Origin: Candidatus Latescibacterota bacterium
GTDB lineage: Bacteria; Latescibacterota; CBDEFO01
Assembly (NCBI GenBank): GCA_965237525.1
Contig: CBDEFO010000008.1
Location: 128,001-192,000, forward strand
Length of the DNA: 64,000 nucleotides
Direction: 5' to 3'
Positions 55,516 through 64,000 of the stretch are shown here, in pieces; the first letter of the stretch is position 1; every line of letters starts with the position of its first letter. The position numbers were made by a program, and so were the translations under genes. The notes beneath the pieces are model-generated. The model was not told the origin of the DNA. It saw only the letters and a program-made list of their open reading frames with translations, and made no database searches.

Positions 55516-56565
55516 ATGGCAAGGATAAGGGACATCGGCATAAAAATAGGCGACCTTGAAACGGGCAAACTCAACTCCATCTCTGACGTCGAGGGCACGA
55601 AAGTAGGGCACGTTGACATAGGTGATGACGGGTTAAGGACTGGAATAACAGCCGTGGTGCCTCCCGGACAAGATAAGAGGAGAAAACTCTTCATCGGAAG
55701 ATACGGCGTCAAAGACTGGGACGGAATGACAGGCTTGAGCGTAGCTGAGGACTTCGGGACGTTCTCATCTCCCGTAGTTTTGACGAGTGCTGCAAGCGTG
55801 GGCGTCGTCTATAACGCCTGCATAACCTACGGACACAAAAGAGACCGTGGGCTGCCCATAGACGCCGGATGGCCACCCGTCGTGATAGGCCTGGACGACT
55901 CCTATCTGAATGACCCTGAAAAGGAAAGAGAGATAAAGGAGGACATCCTCTTTGAATGCTTCCAGAAAGCGCAAGGAGAAAAAGTGGAAGAGGGAAACGT
56001 GGGAATCGGAAGAGGACTGTGCGCCTTCGGACTAAAAGTCGGAATCGGGCAATCGTCCAGAAAAGTCCAGGGCTACACCGTAGGCATCCTTGTAGCGTCC
56101 AACGGAGGAATCAGGAGGAGCCTCACTGTGGATGGAGTTCCGGTCGGAAGACATCTGTCTGTACCCCAGCCAGAAGGCATAGTCACAAGGTCAATCGTGG
56201 CAGTAACCGCCACAGACGCGCCATTGACCCCCAAGCAGTTGGACCACCTTTCGGAGATGACCGGAGCAGGTTTGATCAAAGGGGGATTCATAGACGCGTA
56301 TATTGACCAGGGATTGATAGTTTCTTTTTCCACTTCAAATTCCATAGACGCTCCCTTCGAGAATCAAAAGACCTACAGAATCAGATCTGTTCCCCAAGGG
56401 GAGCTCTATCCTCTCTTCGACGCTGCCATAGAAGCTGCTCAAGAGGCCGGATTGAACTCACTTACCACATCGAAAAGTGCAGAAGGCAAGGACGGACGGA
56501 CGATAAAGGCGATACCCCAAGATCAGCTCGTCGCAATAATGGGAAGATACAGGGGGACCGACTGA
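55516..56565 (+). CDS. DmpA/P1 (S58) peptidase-family protein, intact copy, divergent active site
   Basis: RIRDIGIKIG...NSISDVEGTKVGH...RTGITAV; VEEGNVGIG; GIGQSSR; SIVAVTATDAPL. Confidence 0.85.
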   Translation: MARIRDIGIKIGDLETGKLNSISDVEGTKVGHVDIGDDGLRTGITAVVPPGQDKRRKLFIGRYGVKDWDGMTGLSVAEDFGTFSSPVVLTSAASVGVVYNACITYGHKRDRGLPIDAGWPPVVIGLDDSYLNDPEKEREIKEDILFECFQKAQGEKVEEGNVGIGRGLCAFGLKVGIGQSSRKVQGYTVGILVASNGGIRRSLTVDGVPVGRHLSVPQPEGIVTRSIVAVTATDAPLTPKQLDHLSEMTGAGLIKGGFIDAYIDQGLIVSFSTSNSIDAPFENQKTYRIRSVPQGELYPLFDAAIEAAQEAGLNSLTTSKSAEGKDGRTIKAIPQDQLVAIMGRYRGTD

Positions 56566-57570
56566 TCATGCTCGAACCATTTCTTTCAACTTATCTATCT
56601 GCTCTTGCCTTCCCAGAACGATGAGCATATCTCCTTCCTTCAACGTGGTATGCCCCGGCGGCCTTATGGAGACCTTTCCATCTCTGTCCTTAAGTCCGAC
56701 AACGATGCACCCCGTCAGTTCCGGCTTTACAAAGATCTCGTCCAGCAGGGATTTGTCTGCCAGACTCGAGCCCGGCCTTACAAAGACCTCCTCAAGTCCT
56801 AAAGAAACGTCGTCACCGTGGACCATGACATCCAAAAAATTCACTAACGCTGGATGCAGGATTACAGAGGCCATCCTCAGTCCCCCTATTCTCGGCGGAC
56901 TTATCACTCTGTCCGCCCCCGCCCTGATCAGCTTCTCCTCCACTGTGTCGTCAGATGCCCTTGCCACTATTGCAAGGTCCGGATTCATCCCCCTTGCCGA
57001 CAGGGTCACAAAGACATTATCCGAATCTGTATCCAGAGCGGTCACCAGTCCCTTAGCCGTTTCGATTCCCGCCCTTCTCAATACCTCGTCGTTTGTAGCA
57101 TCACCCTCTACCATCAGTATGCTGCGACCATCTATCGTGAGATCCTCAGACGGTTTTCGGTCTATCACTACAAAATCTACGCCTGTCCTTACAAACTCGG
57201 ATACCACGTGTCTTCCGACCCTTCCACACCCGCAAAGTATGTAGTGCCCCTCCAGTTTCTCGATTTCCTTCTGCATCTTTCTCCCCTTCATTATGTCTGT
57301 TATCTGACCTTCCACCACAAAGGCTGTAAGATTCCCAAGAGAATAGGCAACCCATCCGACTCCCAGTACTATAAGCACCATAGTAAATGACTGCCCTAAC
57401 GTGGAAAGTCCTTTCACCTCCCTAAAGCCCACAGTAGCCATTGTTATGACCGTCATATAGAGCGAGTCGTGAAGACTCCAGTCCTCTATTAACATATATC
57501 CCAAGCTCCCGCCCACCAAAAGGAAGATCAAAATTCCCATAGAGATAAAGAGCTTGTTCAAAGGTGACAT
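56566..57570 (-). CDS. Potassium channel protein (Ion_trans_2 plus TrkA-N/TrkA-C RCK domains)
   Basis: TMATVGF filter, CGCGRVG, GDAT, AGADRVISP. Confidence 0.93.
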   Translation of the reverse strand: MSPLNKLFISMGILIFLLVGGSLGYMLIEDWSLHDSLYMTVITMATVGFREVKGLSTLGQSFTMVLIVLGVGWVAYSLGNLTAFVVEGQITDIMKGRKMQKEIEKLEGHYILCGCGRVGRHVVSEFVRTGVDFVVIDRKPSEDLTIDGRSILMVEGDATNDEVLRRAGIETAKGLVTALDTDSDNVFVTLSARGMNPDLAIVARASDDTVEEKLIRAGADRVISPPRIGGLRMASVILHPALVNFLDVMVHGDDVSLGLEEVFVRPGSSLADKSLLDEIFVKPELTGCIVVGLKDRDGKVSIRPPGHTTLKEGDMLIVLGRQEQIDKLKEMVRA

Positions 57571-57790
57571 AGATCTTCACTTTCGACTGAGTCATGTTAC
57601 GATTAGGGCTTTTTTCAAGCTACAATCTAAAATCTTACATCAATAATGTCAACTGAATTCGATAAACCTACCCAAATGTTGGAAGAGGCAAAAGTACTTG
57701 ACTTGCAATATCGTTTGCGTATATTTAGCGTCGGAACCGAACATTCTACTAATGCGAACTATTTTTTGGAAGGTGAAACGGAACGTTACG

Positions 57791-58759
57791 ATGAATCCTT
57801 CGCACCGGCTAAAGATCGTCGTTCCAGCCGACGACCCGCCGCAGATCCAAGGTTCGTCCCATCTGGAGCGGCTCAAACCCTACGGTGATGTCACGCTCTA
57901 CACTGACCGACCCTTGGCGCTATCCGAAAAGATGTCCCGCGCAAGAGACGCCGACATTATGATAAACAGTCGAGGTGCTGTCAACTGGCCCGCTGATGCC
58001 CTTTTCAAGTTGCCCAAGCTCCGTATGATCGCGACCTGTTCCATCGGCACCGACATGATAGACCTCAATGCCGCAAAGGAGCTGGGGATCGTTGTGAGCA
58101 ACCTCCCCGGTGCCACCTCTTATATTGTCGCCGAGCACGCAATAGGTCTTATGTTTGCTGCGGCAAAGCGCACAGCGTTCCAGACCTCCGAGCTGAAGGC
58201 CGGAAGCTGGACTCGGATGGACAATATACTGCTTAGAGGCAAGACGCTCGGCGTCATCGGGACAGGAAACATCGGGAAAGAGGTAGTGAGGCTCGGCCGC
58301 GCCCTCGGTATGAAAGTCATCGCCTGGACATTTCATCCCTCCTATGAAAGGCAAAAAGAGTTGGGAGTCCGGTTCGTGGAGTTGGACCAGCTGTTGAAGT
58401 CATCGGACGTGATCAGCCTCCACATCAAGCTGACCGAAGAGAGCCGTGGGATAATAGGGAAGCTCCAGATCCAATTGATGAAGCCGGGGGCGCTCTTGGT
58501 CAACTGCTCGCGCGCAGGCCTGGTGGACTCTCAGGCCCTGATAGAGGCTCTGAACTCAGGTCATCTTGGCGGCGCGGCGATAGACGCTTACGACGAGGAA
58601 CCGCTTCCGCCTGACCATCCGATTCTATCGTGCCAGCAGGTGGTGCTCACCCCCCACAATGCCGATCAGACCCCGGAGGGAGTAGACCTTTTGAACGCTG
58701 GAGCGGTGGACAACGTCATCGCCTTTTTGGAGGGACAACCGCAGAACGTAGTGACTTAA
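57791..58759 (+). CDS. D-isomer-specific 2-hydroxyacid dehydrogenase
   Basis: VAEHA, GVIGTGNIG, MKPGALLVNCSR, DAYDEEP, LTPHNA. Confidence 0.93.
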   Translation: MNPSHRLKIVVPADDPPQIQGSSHLERLKPYGDVTLYTDRPLALSEKMSRARDADIMINSRGAVNWPADALFKLPKLRMIATCSIGTDMIDLNAAKELGIVVSNLPGATSYIVAEHAIGLMFAAAKRTAFQTSELKAGSWTRMDNILLRGKTLGVIGTGNIGKEVVRLGRALGMKVIAWTFHPSYERQKELGVRFVELDQLLKSSDVISLHIKLTEESRGIIGKLQIQLMKPGALLVNCSRAGLVDSQALIEALNSGHLGGAAIDAYDEEPLPPDHPILSCQQVVLTPHNADQTPEGVDLLNAGAVDNVIAFLEGQPQNVVT

Positions 58760-58918
58760 ACAAATAGGCAGTAGCCTCCGATCCCCGAAGGACTCAATCT
58801 GGGATTCAATCGGAGGGTAGACGCGAGACCGCTTCCTCCCTAAACCGTTACTGCGATCCGAAGCCCAGAGCGAAGCGAAGAGACTGCCAAGCAGTCTCAT
58901 TTTAGGACAGATGCAACT

Positions 58919-59587
58919 ATGAAATTCACTGACCACCTCAGAGAAAAAGCTGCACCTATATGGGAAAGAGAAATGGAGCATCCGTTCGTATCTGGCATAG
59001 GTGACGGATCGCTCCCGCTCGATAAATTCAAATACTATATGTGTCAGGACTACCTCTTTTTGATCGAATACAGTAGGCTCTTTGGGCTGGCTGTCGCAAG
59101 GTCCGATGACCTTGAAACGATGGGCAGATTTGCCGAACTCCTTTCCGCCACGCTCAACGTTGAAATGGATCTGCACAGGAGCTACGCTCGAAAGTTCGGC
59201 ATAGAAGAGGGGGAATTAGAAGATACAGTGATGTCCCCTACGACGCATGCCTACACCCGACATCTTCTGCATGTAGCCGAAACGGGGACCACTGCGGAAC
59301 TCGTGGCAGCCGTGCTCCCATGCGCCTGGGGCTACTGGGAGATCGGAACAAGACTTGCAAAGAAGGGAGAACCGAAAGCCCAACTGCTCTACGGAGAGTG
59401 GGTCAAAACTTACTCCTCACAGGAGTTCGGGGAGTTTGCCGACTGGTTGAAGGACCTGCTGGACTCGCTGTCCCACGGCCTTAACGAGCACGAACTCAGA
59501 AAACTTGAAGGGCACTTCATCACCAGTAGTAGATACGAATACATGTTCTGGGAGATGTCCTACAACGAGGAGGAATGGCCGGTCTAA
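58919..59587 (+). CDS. tenA: Thiaminase II / aminopyrimidine aminohydrolase
   Basis: HPFV, YMCQDYLFL, AYTRHL, LPCAWGYWEIG, YEYMFWEM. Confidence 0.93.
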   Translation: MKFTDHLREKAAPIWEREMEHPFVSGIGDGSLPLDKFKYYMCQDYLFLIEYSRLFGLAVARSDDLETMGRFAELLSATLNVEMDLHRSYARKFGIEEGELEDTVMSPTTHAYTRHLLHVAETGTTAELVAAVLPCAWGYWEIGTRLAKKGEPKAQLLYGEWVKTYSSQEFGEFADWLKDLLDSLSHGLNEHELRKLEGHFITSSRYEYMFWEMSYNEEEWPV

Positions 59588-59659
59588 TTGAGGCGAGGCA
59601 TCTGTAAGTGTAGTGGCAACAATTCCCTGCATTGAGACTGAGACAAGCGGAGAGAGTTG

Positions 59660-60295
59660 CTATTCGCCGCCTCCGGGGTTTATGGGAGCCCCCTCCCAGA
59701 GTTGGAGGAATTCCTGAGCTTGTTGCGATGTGTGCAGATAAGAAAAGCGAGCCACCTGGCGTCCGATGTCCATGACCCTTTCCTGCAGTCGGTCGTCTTT
59801 CAAATTTCCCTCCTCATCGAACGCATTCCATGCCTCGGGGATAGATGCCTGTTCCGGGATGACCCACGCATGGAGCGCACGTCCGACAGTCCGCAGACTG
59901 TTCAAGGCATTCAGACCACCCATCTGTCCCCCCGATACGCCCACAAGCCCGATCATCTTGGCTTCAAACTCGTCGAACCCCATAAGGTCTAATGCGTTCT
60001 TCAACACGCCGCTGAAGCTTCCATGATATTCAGGTGTCCCCAGAATAATCCCTTGTGCCCGACTTACGTCTTCCCGCAGCTTAAAGGTGTCCTTGGGATA
60101 GGCGCTTTCGTCTTCCTTCCCATCGCACAAAATGAGGTCGTATTCTTTCAAGTCGATCAATTGGGTCCGGACACCCACCTCCTGAGCACCTTGTAATGCC
60201 ACGTTTACTGCCATGCGGGTATAGCTGCCATCTCTAAGACTCCCACAGATGCCGACGATCAGGATGTTGTTTTCCGTATGATCTATTTGATTCAC
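59660..60295 (-). CDS. NADPH-dependent FMN reductase
   Basis: GSLRDGSYT, TPEYHGSFSGVLKNALD. Confidence 0.93.
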   Translation of the reverse strand: MNQIDHTENNILIVGICGSLRDGSYTRMAVNVALQGAQEVGVRTQLIDLKEYDLILCDGKEDESAYPKDTFKLREDVSRAQGIILGTPEYHGSFSGVLKNALDLMGFDEFEAKMIGLVGVSGGQMGGLNALNSLRTVGRALHAWVIPEQASIPEAWNAFDEEGNLKDDRLQERVMDIGRQVARFSYLHTSQQAQEFLQLWEGAPINPGGGE

Positions 60296-60381
60296 GGTGA
60301 TTATCCTTCTAAAATTAACATGAAGTAAACGTCCCTCAAATACGCTAAGAACGAACCGACTATTTTACCGGATAATCACGG

Positions 60382-61023
60382 CTACAATTGTATCCCCTCA
60401 TAAAGCCCCGCTTCATAGAGGTGAGCCGTATCGTTTAGTCTTTCTATCGTACGCTCGTTCCATTGATTCGTTCTGAGCACGGTGATACTCGTCGGTGAAG
60501 CATCAAAGGATACCTCAGACAGCATATCTACCTCTAATTTCAGCCACCAGGCGAGGATGTTTATTATGGTCCCTCCATGTGTGACCAGAAGGATAAGACT
60601 CTCCTGGCTCTCGGTGAGATGTTCCACATAGTTTGACACTCTCAAATAAAATTGACGCCACGTCTCTGCCTGGGGATACGTCTGCCAATCAATGTATGGC
60701 TCTGTCCGTTCCAGAGTGTACTGCTTCGCCTCTCCTACTGTCTTACCCGCTGCGATGCCGTTGTTGAGTTCTCTCAACCGGGGAGCGAGATTTGGGGTCA
60801 TCCCCATCTCTTTGCCGAGTATCTGTGCCGTCTGAAACGCTCGCTTAAGATCGCTGCAATACAGCTTTAAGGGAGTACCCCGGATCTCACGCTTTAGTCT
60901 AGATGCAAGATGAGCGGCCTGACGACGCCCCAACTCCGTCAAACCGGTGTCTGTCCATCCTCCGGTTAAATCCTTCAAATGATGTTCCGACTGTCCATGT
61001 CGAATCAGGACAATTGATTTCAC
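60382..61023 (-). CDS. Histidine phosphatase (phosphoglycerate mutase family)
   Basis: RHGQS, SDLKRAFQTA, LRE, VTHGG, LNDTAHL. Confidence 0.93.
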   Translation of the reverse strand: MKSIVLIRHGQSEHHLKDLTGGWTDTGLTELGRRQAAHLASRLKREIRGTPLKLYCSDLKRAFQTAQILGKEMGMTPNLAPRLRELNNGIAAGKTVGEAKQYTLERTEPYIDWQTYPQAETWRQFYLRVSNYVEHLTESQESLILLVTHGGTIINILAWWLKLEVDMLSEVSFDASPTSITVLRTNQWNERTIERLNDTAHLYEAGLYEGIQL

Positions 61024-61277
61024 CGAATTGCTCCAGTCTTCAGGATTACACTAATCTAATTATCTGGCCTATGTCCGCGCATTTCTGAGCCAAAACAGAG
61101 ATCTCCGTAGCATTGTAATCCAATTGTTCAGGGCCTTTTCAGTCCTCTTTGCCCCGAATGTGATCTAAGCAGAGCCTGCAATCCTCAACGAAAGCATATC
61201 GTCCTGAAGACCAAGCAACGTTACTTCGACTGCCTGATTTAATCCGGGGAAGTGAAGCAATCTCCGTTAGCTTTTCT

Positions 61278-62090
61278 CTATTCCTTTTCGCTGTCTATTC
61301 TTTTTTTGGGTGCTGCAAGTCGGGAGACGAGTATGCTGATTTCGTATAGCAGGACGAGAGGTACAGCCATCATAAGTTGCGAAAGCACATCAGGAGGAGT
61401 GAGAATGGCAGCGACGATGATTATGGCGATGACAGCGTATCTTCTGCCTTTGCGCATAAGCTCAGGCGTAACAACACCTATCTTGGACAGAAGCAAAGAC
61501 AGCATCGGAAGTTCAAAGGCCGCCCCGAAAGCCAAGATGAGTCTGAGTATAAAGCTTATGTAGTCATCGATGTTGTAGCTCACCGCTATGTATTCGGGAG
61601 CCAGCCCAGCGAAAAAGTTCAATCCGATCGGCAGAATTAAAAGGTAGGATACAGAAGCTCCAACTGCAAAGCAGAAGATCGTAAGGATTACCATCCAGGG
61701 CACATATCTGCGCTCTTTTTCCAAAAGCCCGGGGGCTACGAAGGCCCAAATGTGGTAGAGTACAAGAGGAAGTGATATCATCAAACCTCCGACAAGTGAG
61801 ACATTCAATCTGACAAGGAACATGCCGATAGGCCTGACGGTTATCAACTTTATCCCCTGAGTCTTCGCCGGAAGGGTAAGAATATCAACCAGATACTCGG
61901 AAAATGCAAAGCACAAAAGCGCACCACACAGGACAGCAGACAGGGATTTGATTATCCTCCATCGCAATTCTTCCAGATGATCTAAAAAGGGCATCTCCTT
62001 GATGTCGTCGGAGCTCTCCAAAATCTGACGGGAGCCTTCGTCCCGATTCTCCTTGGAGGAGATGTCCTCAGAGTTAGCATCAGGGTTCAC
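61278..62090 (-). CDS. tatC: Twin-arginine translocase subunit TatC
   Basis: MPFLDHLEELRWR, WAFVAPGL..KERR, FELP, LTPPD, LYEISI. Confidence 0.96.
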   Translation of the reverse strand: MNPDANSEDISSKENRDEGSRQILESSDDIKEMPFLDHLEELRWRIIKSLSAVLCGALLCFAFSEYLVDILTLPAKTQGIKLITVRPIGMFLVRLNVSLVGGLMISLPLVLYHIWAFVAPGLLEKERRYVPWMVILTIFCFAVGASVSYLLILPIGLNFFAGLAPEYIAVSYNIDDYISFILRLILAFGAAFELPMLSLLLSKIGVVTPELMRKGRRYAVIAIIIVAAILTPPDVLSQLMMAVPLVLLYEISILVSRLAAPKKRIDSEKE

Positions 62091-62158
62091 AGAATCGTCC
62101 TTATCTTGATGAGATTGAGACAGTAGACAGCATACAGGGATAGGAGGCGGTGTTCTGT

Positions 62159-62716
62159 CTACTGCTTTGGCGCATCAGCTGAGGCCCGGTGAGCAATTGC
62201 CCTGAACAGTCCCCAATTTCTGTATTTATCCTCCTTTATATTTGAAAGGCTTTCAGCAACAGAGTCGAGCTTGGAAGGGTTGATCTCCCTCCAGCCGCTT
62301 ATCTGCTCTTTATGGTCGTTCGCTTTCAAAGTGCTGTGTCCCTGTTCCTCTAACAAAAATACGTAAGTCCTGAAAGTCTTCCCACTATCGGCGAAAGAGT
62401 AATCTATAAGGGCTAAAAACCTTCTTATCCCGACTTTTAGGTTAGTCTCCTCTGTTGTCTCCCGCTGCAGGGCTGAAGGTATATCTTCATTCTCTTCTAT
62501 CCCGCCTGTAGGTATCCTATATACTCCTTCAGGATAAAAATCCTTGGTCTGGAGCAATATCTTCCCGTTCTCCCTCATCACAACTAAGGCCACTTCCGCC
62601 TTCCTCTTTCCGTTGACCGGCCCGAAATCCCCTGCAGAAAGATGTCCCTTGCGATAGATAGGCTCTCCGTATCTTTCAGATAATAATGCTATTTGATCTC
62701 TATCTGTGTCCGACAT
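62159..62716 (-). CDS. NUDIX hydrolase
   Basis: Nudix box GGIEENEDIPSALQRETTEETNL. Confidence 0.9.
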   Translation of the reverse strand: MSDTDRDQIALLSERYGEPIYRKGHLSAGDFGPVNGKRKAEVALVVMRENGKILLQTKDFYPEGVYRIPTGGIEENEDIPSALQRETTEETNLKVGIRRFLALIDYSFADSGKTFRTYVFLLEEQGHSTLKANDHKEQISGWREINPSKLDSVAESLSNIKEDKYRNWGLFRAIAHRASADAPKQ

Positions 62717-62730
62717 GGCTTAAATAAACT

Positions 62731-63789
62731 TTAAGTGACAGGAGAATAATCAATAACCTCAGAGACTACCTGCTTGACAGCGTCCAAAGCGTAGTGGACA
62801 TCGTTCCAGGTGATGTCTTTGTAAAGCGCAAACCTCACAAGGTGGGGAGTGATGGCTATGATCTGGACGCCTTTGTCCTGCATCTTCTTGCAGAAACCTT
62901 TCGCTGTGATTCCAAGACCAGCTACGTCAGCCATCACTAAATTGGTCTGAACCCTTGAAAGATCTAAGGACAGACCTTCCAGGGATGTCAAACCATCCGC
63001 AAGCAGGCACGCCTTCTGGTGATCTTCTGCCAGAGGCTGGATCATCTGCTCCAAAGCCACGATGCCCGCTGCGGCGATGACTCCCGCCTGTCTCATCTGA
63101 CCGCCCATCATTCTCCTTAGATATCTCGTCTCGGCTATCGTCCCCTCATCCGAACAGAGGATCGAGCCGACCGGAGCACACAGTCCTTTTGAAAGACAGA
63201 ACGTCACGGTATCCACGTCCTGTGTCAATTCCTTTACGTCCACGTTCAGTGCTACAGATGCGTTGAATATCCTTGCTCCATCCAGATGGGTCTTTAGACC
63301 GTACGTCCGGGCTATCTTAAGATAGGACTCCATATCGTCTCTGGACATAGCCGTCCCTCCAACAAGATTGTGGGTGTTCTCCAAGCTGATCAGGTCAATC
63401 CCCTCGGAGGCATTCAGCCTTGTCAGAAGCTCTTTCGTGTCGTCTATATCCAGGTTTCCGTTCGGGAGCTCCTCGACCTCTATGCATCTTATGCCCCCCA
63501 GCCTCGACAGCCCGAACGACTCGCATAAGGCTATGTGAGTCCGACGGCCCACAAGGGCGGCTTTCCCCGCTTCGACGTTAGCCATAATCCCCAGCATATT
63601 TCCCATCATTCCACTCGGCACGTACAGGCCATCTTCCTTACCCAGCATCTGTGAGGCCATCGTTTCGAGTCTGTTGACCGTAGGATCTTCGCCGTACCCG
63701 TCGTTTCCTACAGAGGCTTCTTTCATCGCCACTCTCATAGCCTCTGTGGGACGGGACGATGTATCTGTACGCATATCGATCGTATTCAT
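62731..63789 (-). CDS. ltaE: Low-specificity L-threonine aldolase
   Basis: DMRTDT, EDPTVNRLE, LENTHN, HLDGARIFNA, CLSKGLCAPVGS. Confidence 0.92.
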   Translation of the reverse strand: MNTIDMRTDTSSRPTEAMRVAMKEASVGNDGYGEDPTVNRLETMASQMLGKEDGLYVPSGMMGNMLGIMANVEAGKAALVGRRTHIALCESFGLSRLGGIRCIEVEELPNGNLDIDDTKELLTRLNASEGIDLISLENTHNLVGGTAMSRDDMESYLKIARTYGLKTHLDGARIFNASVALNVDVKELTQDVDTVTFCLSKGLCAPVGSILCSDEGTIAETRYLRRMMGGQMRQAGVIAAAGIVALEQMIQPLAEDHQKACLLADGLTSLEGLSLDLSRVQTNLVMADVAGLGITAKGFCKKMQDKGVQIIAITPHLVRFALYKDITWNDVHYALDAVKQVVSEVIDYSPVT

Positions 63790-64000
63790 AAGTCAGGTAC
63801 CTCCCCTACCCAGAGATCGCTTCGAAGTCTCACTCTTCAAAATGACTGAAAAACTCACTAGGGAATAAACTGTCATTGGGAGTGATAGCAAAGCAATCTC
63901 GTAGACAGTAGACAAAGACGCATTTCCCCTCCCTCAAACGAACCACAGATGGTGCGAATACTTATGAAGTCTGGGAGAAGTTAGGTGTTAATATAAAAGG

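Noticed and set aside
58760..58918. TPP riboswitch upstream of tenA
   Set aside because: No CTGAGA/ACCTGA core is visible; the space holds nested hairpin repeats instead.

Overview
A 64-kb bacterial chromosomal window. Its cohesin/dockerin-like secreted proteins and many scavenging enzymes suggest an uncultured Latescibacterota/KSB1-like organism; this is inference only. From left to right it holds: (i) a partial IS1182 cutting the end of a DUF3160-CapA operon; (ii) a decayed island-like block with a tRNA-Arg 3' remnant, pseudogenes, pspA plus a partner gene, and IS3 and large serine recombinase remnants; (iii) a cohesin protein, then IS1182 and an IS481-like transposase; (iv) an O-methyltransferase/hyuA::methyltransferase/hyuB operon, an Rrf2 gene and a third IS1182; (v) amine-catabolic genes and a large secreted multidomain protein whose ~235-aa C-terminal module is shared with the cohesin protein; (vi) a 13-kb tandem amplification of an MFS'-TPR-DmpA cassette giving about six diversified 42-aa-repeat TPR genes; (vii) housekeeping genes (K+ channel, tenA, tatC, NUDIX, threonine aldolase). 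The most notable unexplained structures are the diversifying TPR array, a ~21-23-bp hairpin element that nests inside itself and inside genes, the shared dockerin-like C-terminal module, and target-site evidence for an IS-mediated ~27-kb inversion. The 52.9-54.8 kb region looks like a garbled consensus, and several single-base frameshifts may be sequencing errors.
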